From: Histomonas meleagridis 2922-C6/04-290x
Lineage: Eukaryota > Protista > Parabasalia
Assembly: GCA_020184695.1 (NCBI GenBank)
Contig: JAANOX010000052.1
Span: 62,001-126,000 of the forward strand
Length of the DNA stretch: 64,000 bases
Direction of reading: 5' to 3'
A program made the position numbers and the translations under genes. How positions within the stretch are numbered: position 1 is the first letter of the stretch; every line of letters begins with the position of its first letter. The notes under the pieces were generated by a model. That model saw only the letters and a list, made by a program, of their open reading frames with translations, searched no databases and had not been told where the DNA came from. Below, piece after piece: positions 56,943 to 64,000 of the stretch.

Positions 56943-59534
56943 ATGTATTGTGTTTTTTCCCAAAATCGAAAATATGTTGTAATTATTTTCAAAACTTTGA
57001 ACAGCAGATATTACCCATAAAAAATTGAATTCATGAACCAACAGCGTCTGGTGCTTCACAAAATTATAAAAATTCACAAAATTCAATACTTAAAAATTTA
57101 AACCGATAATAAACATTGAAATATTTCAATCGAATCGGAACAGGATTGAGAACAAAGGTCCGGAAAAGGATGTGTTGTATACAGAAAAGTGAAGTAACCA
57201 AATTTTTGAATCTAATTATCTAATTTTTGAAATAATGATATCTTGACATAAGCTTTTCGCATTTCTTTATACATCTAGATATTAAATGTACAGATATATG
57301 AAAATAACAATTTTCGTATAGCCTTATATTTTTCGCTTCAGATAAAGCAAAATAAGCAGTGCGAAAAATTTCTGAAAAGTCGTATTCAATGTGATATATT
57401 CAAAAGCAATTTAAATTGAATTTGCAATTTTACAGCTCGAATTTCAATAAATTGAACTCAAATTACGTTCCAGAAATTCGTGTTCTGGTGAGGTGGATTC
57501 AAATTTTTCCAGATATCCAAAAATTATGCTTACGGCGTAAAAATGTATTCCATTTACTTTTATTTCACGATGCAACTACTAAATATAGTCATGTTATGAA
57601 TATTTCCAGAACAAGAAAAATAATATTCATTTTTTAAAATTCGATAATATATATTTACAATAATAACAGCAAAAACATCAAACACATCCAGTTTTTAGTT
57701 CATTATTTAACATAAAATGTTTTGGCATATTATTTTATATATTTTTTTTATCAATATGATAATTTTTATTCTTTATTTTAGAATAAAAGGAAAAGGTAAA
57801 TCGAATATAAGATATAGAACTTAATAAAACTGTTTGTTAGTTATTATATTCCATTAATGATTCTCTAATTTGGTTTTTAATTAAACCATATAACAAGTAC
57901 AAAGAAAAGAAAGAACTTAGTAGGAACTAAAGCAAACATGACAAAAAGAACTTTACATAATCATCAAAGGAAAAAGAAAATTTGCTTTTTTTGCTGTGTT
58001 TATTGAACAATGAAACAAGCACCATGAGATAGTACAATATTTCATATTAATAAAGATTAATGACAAGAGTGTTGAATTTTGAAAAGTTACATGGTCGTCA
58101 GCATTGGATTTGTTTGATTCCTAGAGGCATTTTGGATGGAAATATTGTGTTCTTCTATGAGAAAGATAATGGTCGAAAAATATTCAATAATCTGAGTAAA
58201 TTTCATTCAAATATCAAGGCACTGATGCCCCTGAGGTGTACATACACTTGGTCATCCCGAAAAACAGGATTGCTTTGGCAATTAATTTACGAACAAAAAA
58301 ACGAAAGTTTAATAAACAAAACTTTTTGTTATAAAAATTGTAGAAAATTCTCAAAAGTTTCGGTTTTTATACCGAATTTCTCATAGAATTAATCTCAAAA
58401 TTTGAATGATAAATCAAGTAAATCATTCAATCCGGAATATGGGAACATCGGTTTGTTGACTTTACCCAAACCATAGTTCGACTTTATTGCCTACAGAGAT
58501 ATATTCTGATATAACAAACATAAGTTTATTGTCACTGTATTTTTTAAAACAACAGTTAATCAACTATAGCTACAAACACCAAACCATTCTTATAATAATT
58601 ATACATATCCTCTTTATTTTTAAATAATAGTTGTTGCTATTTAGAAATTCATGACAAGTCTTAACAAAAATTCATTAATATTTTTTTCATCCACATTTAT
58701 GCATTACTCTATAAGAACATCTATTGGATTTTATAATTCCTTCTATTTTTTTTCCATAATTCATTACAAAATAGGTCAAAAACATCCATATGAAGTTTTG
58801 ATGCTAACAATATCATCATGAAACTTATCATAATCACATTATTTTATTAAGGTTTCTCATAAAATAAAAAGTACATCGTATCATTTACTTAATATTTTCA
58901 ATAACATGATGTTTTCTTTCAATTTTTTAATTTGAATCCATAAGCTCTAGTTTTTAATTCTGGTTACATCTTATTATGATAAAACAATTTTTTTTACACT
59001 TTTTTAAATCTCTACATTAGTAAAGCTTGTTCGAACAGTGCCCTATCTCTTCTCTCTTTTATCTTCACAAATTTTTCTTCTTTCTTATTCATGTTTACTA
59101 TTTCGATTCTAAATAATTTAGTTAGTGCAAGAATTATCATTTTAATCTATAGTCTGATGATTAACAAATTATTATATATTAATGAAATATATTACATCTT
59201 CATAGCAAACATTAAATAATTTTTGTGATAGAAAGCTTGTTTTATTCAGTATTAATGATTCCAAATAATTCTATCTTCAAGAATCCATAAGATCCTCTTA
59301 TTCCAACACTTTTGTAAATAAATTGTATAAGTTTGAACATGTTTTTTTATCATAATGAATGCCTGTACTACTAGAATAGCCAAAAGTATACTTATATTGT
59401 TTATAAACACGCTTTTTTATTGAAGAAGGAACTTGGAATGGCTTATTAAGAAATTCAGGTTCTAATTAAAATGAGTTCAATGAACATCGAAAAATTATTC
59501 AGTCCAATTAAGTGCATGAATGTAGCTCCTTGAA

Positions 59535-59537
59535 AAC

Positions 59538-59592
<55 letters not shown>

Positions 59593-59642
59593 TGTGAGCT
59601 TAATGTAATTTTTGACTCCAAAATGTTTTTTTTTTTTTTTTT
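59535..59642. repeat. Compound microsatellite (AAC)5-(AT)19 followed by a T-run of about 18 nt
   Basis: Directly visible. Confidence 0.9.
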
Positions 59643-59918
59643 CACATTTATTTTTGTTATCATAATAAATAGCTTTACCATTTGGTGATACAACCTTTTT
59701 TAACCGAAAAAAAAAGAATTTTAAATAATTTTCAACATTAATAAACTCATTTTATTATTATTAGCAAAATGTGCTTATTATCTATCGGTAGTGTTAACAA
59801 GTTTTCCATGTCAAATAATATATTGACGAAAACATTAATGCTATGCATAATTTGGAAGTAAATGATAAAAGTGTCAAAAAGGAAAAATTAGTGAACGTTA
59901 ATCTAACGTTTGCCCTGT

Positions 59919-60752
59919 ATGGAGCAAAAAGAAGAGAGGTGCTTGAAAATAGCGGAAAACATACTTCAAGCTCTCGATAATAAATCAATATTCATGCGCT
60001 ATCTAAGAATTAAAAATTATATCTTTTCCAAAGCTTATTCTGATTCAAATAAAATAATCGAATCCCCAATTTTAAAAAATTACTCGCTTGAGGAATTAAT
60101 CAGGGAAAAGATATACAAAGAAATAATTTCACCTAACTCATGTCAACCACAACCTCGTTCTCTAACTGATTCAATAAGATTGGTAAAATCCATCATTGAT
60201 ACAGAACAAGTTTCACATCAATTCCTTAAATCGAAAATTTCCAAAGAAAATGAAAAACTTCGAAATTCTATATTAAAAATTCGAACAAATTCAATTCAAA
60301 CTTTAAATATTACACGTAAAGGGAGGGTTGAAACAGGAGACCAATGGGAATGCGATTTGTCACAGCTAAGCGAGCGAATCAATCAAAATAAAATTCAAAT
60401 ATCATTTCTTAAAGATCAAATGCTTAAAATAGAAAATGATAATGCCAAACTTATGAGTGCGTTGAATTCAATTAAAGTTAATGAAAATGAAATAAAAATC
60501 TTATCAAAAATACTTATCAATGCTGTTAATCATAGAAATGAACAAAGGGAAAAAGTTATTAAGCTAAAGCACCAAATGAGATCTATAATTAAAAAAACAA
60601 ACAAAATCAGAAAAATTCAACTTATTCCTGACGAAGACAATTTGATAACAATCAACGATCGGCTCACTGAACTCAAGGAAAGCATACAAAACCTAGAAAA
60701 ACAAAACAAGCAATACACAAAGGATCTTCAACTGTACTCTGCAATTGGATAA
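59919..60752 (+). CDS. Coiled-coil hypothetical protein
   Basis: Intact ORF with heptad pattern; first ATG 59919. Confidence 0.7.
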   Translation: MEQKEERCLKIAENILQALDNKSIFMRYLRIKNYIFSKAYSDSNKIIESPILKNYSLEELIREKIYKEIISPNSCQPQPRSLTDSIRLVKSIIDTEQVSHQFLKSKISKENEKLRNSILKIRTNSIQTLNITRKGRVETGDQWECDLSQLSERINQNKIQISFLKDQMLKIENDNAKLMSALNSIKVNENEIKILSKILINAVNHRNEQREKVIKLKHQMRSIIKKTNKIRKIQLIPDEDNLITINDRLTELKESIQNLEKQNKQYTKDLQLYSAIG

Positions 60753-60818
60753 TTGAAGAATTTTATTTGTACGTTATCAGCCATTGTAAACTATTGAAAG
60801 TATTTTTCTTTTGCTTTA

Positions 60819-61028
60819 ATGTCAAGCGAAGCTCCAGAGCCAAATAGTGATTTAGTTGATGAGAAGCTGGACCAAATTAGGATAGAAAATGAAAGATATC
60901 TACGTCGGCATCCAGAACTTAAAAGAATGATTTCTGAATTTATGGTTTCGCTACTTAAAGATAAGCCAAAAGAAGTCCTCCCATACGCAGTTGTATTTTT
61001 CACTTCTTCTCAAGTTGAACAAGATTAG
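60819..61028 (+). CDS. RIIa/DPY30-type dimerisation-docking domain protein
   Basis: YLRRHPELKRMISEFMVSLLKDKPKEVLPYAVVFF. Confidence 0.8.
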   Translation: MSSEAPEPNSDLVDEKLDQIRIENERYLRRHPELKRMISEFMVSLLKDKPKEVLPYAVVFFTSSQVEQD

Positions 61029-61119
61029 GAAATCGTATTTTTTATATACATGAAATAAAGAAATTTACCTCAAATAATACACCTATGCATCACAGGCAAC
61101 AGAATATTCTTGTGTTGTT

Positions 61120-61779
61120 TTATTGAGTTATGAATTGGAGAGTCTTAGCAAAATGAGCATATGAATCATTTGTGCATGTTGTCTTTCCAATAGATTTAAT
61201 CCATCCAGAGAGGGTACCAGAAATTGTAGCGTGATCTTTTGGTATTGAAAGTGGAAGATTTGCAACCGAACCTCCAAGTGATGAAAGTGTTGCAATTGTA
61301 GATTCCCTAAGATACTGTGAAAGTGAATCCTTAGGAACTGGTATTACCTTGTGAAGGTAATCGTTGGTGACAGGAAAGCCAACGTTCGGTAAAATTTGAT
61401 CAGCAAAATAAATTCCAAAGTCTTTGAGAGAAATAATGGTCTTTTTGTTATTATGTACTTCCTGGAATTTAGAAATCGGATAATTTACAGCGGCAACAAT
61501 TCCTGCGGTAACAACAGCTTTTGAAGCATACAAAAATACTTTATTATTTTCTTTTTCTTTTTGTCTATATGTTTTTGACTTGTTCTCAAGAAGCCTTGTT
61601 GCAATTGGGTACGCAACGAAATTGGTGCCAAGTTGGAGTCCATTATAAAAAGAATTTGTCAAATCCAATGGTTTTGCTGATCCAGAAGCTCCACTAACAA
61701 CAGCGTCAGTGAAAACGCCAGCAAGTGTAGAGCTGATGAATGTGGTTAACATTTTACGAGAGAATTCGTTGTTAGTCAT
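61120..61779 (-). CDS. Putative organellar membrane protein
   Basis: Several Gly/Ala/Ser-rich amphipathic segments, GC above background. Start at ATG 61779 is inferred. Confidence 0.6.
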   Translation of the reverse strand: MTNNEFSRKMLTTFISSTLAGVFTDAVVSGASGSAKPLDLTNSFYNGLQLGTNFVAYPIATRLLENKSKTYRQKEKENNKVFLYASKAVVTAGIVAAVNYPISKFQEVHNNKKTIISLKDFGIYFADQILPNVGFPVTNDYLHKVIPVPKDSLSQYLRESTIATLSSLGGSVANLPLSIPKDHATISGTLSGWIKSIGKTTCTNDSYAHFAKTLQFITQ

Positions 61780-61853
61780 TTTGGTTCTAATGACGTTCAA
61801 TTTCATTTTAAACGGTAATAACGTTGGAAAATGGCATTTAACAAGTTTACAAT

Positions 61854-64000
61854 ATGATACCAAAGGAACATTGCGATTGTGAAACACTTCTATCAATAAG
61901 TCAAGCAATTTTTAGTTTGAATGAAGAAAATTGCTCTATATCTTTAGGCTTAATAATCAGCAAATTTGATAAAATTCATCCTTTATCCTCTGATTTAATT
62001 ATTATTCATATGATATATTATTCCTTTGTGATTAAAAATAATAATGTAGATTTATTTTTGAATATTATAAAAGAAATAAGAAAATTTGAAGAAATTAATA
62101 AAATCAAATCTGATATATTTGATATATTTGGGCGATTTCTTAATAATAAAAATTCAAATGAATCATCTTATCTTCTTGAAGCTATGATTGAACATAATTT
62201 TCTTGAACCAAACATTGTTAAAAACAACCAGAGTGCCTATTTTGCGCATTACATGTCTAAAGAAGAATTAGCAATCTATTTAAGGGAACATGATTTTGTA
62301 AATTATGAAGAACTTTCAAAAAATGATTGGAAACTTCATAAGAAATATGTTAAAGAAGGACATAATCCGAATGAAATTGCGAAAATCATTCGAAAAGATG
62401 AAATGGAAAAACTTCAAGAAATATCATCACAAACAAATTTTGATTATAATCAAACAATTAAACCATCACTTTATGAAAGATGTTCATTTATTAATCAAAA
62501 GAATGTTTCATTAATTGATTATGCAGCATTCTTTGGATCTATTAAATGTTTTAAATATTTACTTATGAATAATGCAAACGTAAATAATACAGGTAAATAT
62601 GCGATTGTAGGTGGAAATGAAGAAATCATTCATTTATGTGAACAAAATCATTCATCATTTGTAGGTGCATATGAAACAGCAATTGAATTTCATCAAAATG
62701 ATATCTTTAAATATTTTTATGAGAATAAATTAAAAGAAATTAAGAATTTAGAAGAATTAGGGAAAAAATGTATTGTATATCATAATTATGAACTTTTATC
62801 ATATTTACAAGAAAATGACATGAAAATTAATGACAATATTATTAATGAAGCTGTATTAACAGGAAATTTATTTCTTACCGAATATTTTTCTTAAATTCAA
62901 CCAAATCCCAAAAAATATTTTAGTATTTTCAATGGAATCTGAAAATGTTGAACTTATCAAAACCATTATAGAAAAAGAAGGAATTAATATTAATATTAAT
63001 GCTAAAGATAAAATAAATTTAAATAATTTTATATTTCAAAATAATATTTGGAAATAATTTAAAATATTTAATACAGCACTTATTTGGGCATCTGGAAAAG
63101 GTCATACAGAAATACTTAAATTACTTCTTGAACAAGAAGGAATTGATATTAATGCTAAAGATAAAATAAATTTAAATAATTTGATGTTTCAAAATAATAT
63201 TTGGAAATTATTTAAATTATTTGAAACAGCACTTACTTGGGCATCACAAAAAGGTTATACAGAAATAGTTAAAATACTTCTTGAACAAGAAGGAATTGAT
63301 ATTAATGCTAAAGATAAAATTTATTTTAGTAATATAATATTTCAAAATAATATATGGAAATAATTTAAAATATTTTACACAGCACTTACTTGGGCATCTA
63401 AAAATGGTTATACAGAAATAGTTAAAATACTTCTTGAACAAGAAGGAATTGATATTAATGCTAAAAATATTTATTCGTTTTATTTTGGATTTATTTTAAT
63501 AATTTATTATTTCAAAATAATATTTGGAAATTATTTATATTATTTGAAACAGCACTTATGATAGCATCTAAAAGAGGTTATACAGAAATAGTTAAATTAC
63601 TTCTTGAACAAGAAGGAATTGATATTAATGCTAAAAATATTTATTCGTTTTATTTTGGATTTATTTTAATAATTTTATATTTCAAAATAATATTTGGAAA
63701 TTATTTAAATTATTTTACACAGCACTTATTAGAGCATCTTGGAATGGTCATACAGAAATAGTTAAAATACTTCTTGAACAAGAAGGAATTGATATTAATG
63801 CTAAAGATAATATTTATTTTAATAATTTGGCATTTTAAAATAATATTTGGAAATTATTTAAATTATTTAGAACAGCACTTATTGATGCATCTTCATATGG
63901 TCATTCAGAAATAGTTAAATTACTTCTTGAACAAAAAGGAATTGATATTAATGTTATAGCTAAAATTTATTTTAATAATTTTATGTTTCAAAATAATATT
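61854..64000 (+). CDS. Second DUF3447-type ankyrin gene with 7 inserts, runs off the right edge
   Basis: Core closely resembles the first gene (EELSKNDWKLHK...). One extra T in the run 62885-62889 causes the stop at 62892; removing it gives YFLKFNQIPKNIL, which aligns with YIHIFNHLPENIL. Modules at 63073, 63226, 63379, 63549, 63719, 63872. Confidence 0.78.
63010..64000 (+). other. Array of 7 same-position inserts in two length classes
   Basis: Gaps 63, 63, 63, 80, 80, 63 nt plus one truncated copy; same hairpin core as at 3.6-4.9 kb. Confidence 0.85.

Overview
AT-rich, gene-dense eukaryotic DNA, most consistent with a parabasalid protist (Trichomonas/Tritrichomonas-like). This is inferred from DUF3447-ankyrin genes, near-absence of introns, one candidate 23-nt GT-AG intron and very short intergenic regions. 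The left part carries a DUF3447-ankyrin gene and a giant (about 5,990-codon) kinase + six-AAA + three-vWA gene split by a 1,327-bp mariner element. The middle is housekeeping genes: Rho and Rab-RCC1 GTPases, TFIIH p44, TAF1, a bromodomain protein, tubby, TAF6, SAS-4-like, SAPS, CDC48-like, Vps23, TRAP-alpha-like and Trx-UBA-UBX. The right end carries a second DUF3447-ankyrin gene. Top finding: in both ankyrin genes every repeat is interrupted at the same position by an AT-rich insert with no GT-AG ends (15 copies, plus a decayed copy near 43.2 kb). Each insert runs from a TT(Y/A) codon to a TTT codon and carries a conserved hairpin with compensatory changes that brings the two junctions together. 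The 90-nt coding modules between inserts are all intact. This looks like an uncharacterised non-canonical intron or translational-bypass system acting on a DARPin-like variable repeat array. The mechanism cannot be decided from DNA alone, and I could not check the literature or databases.
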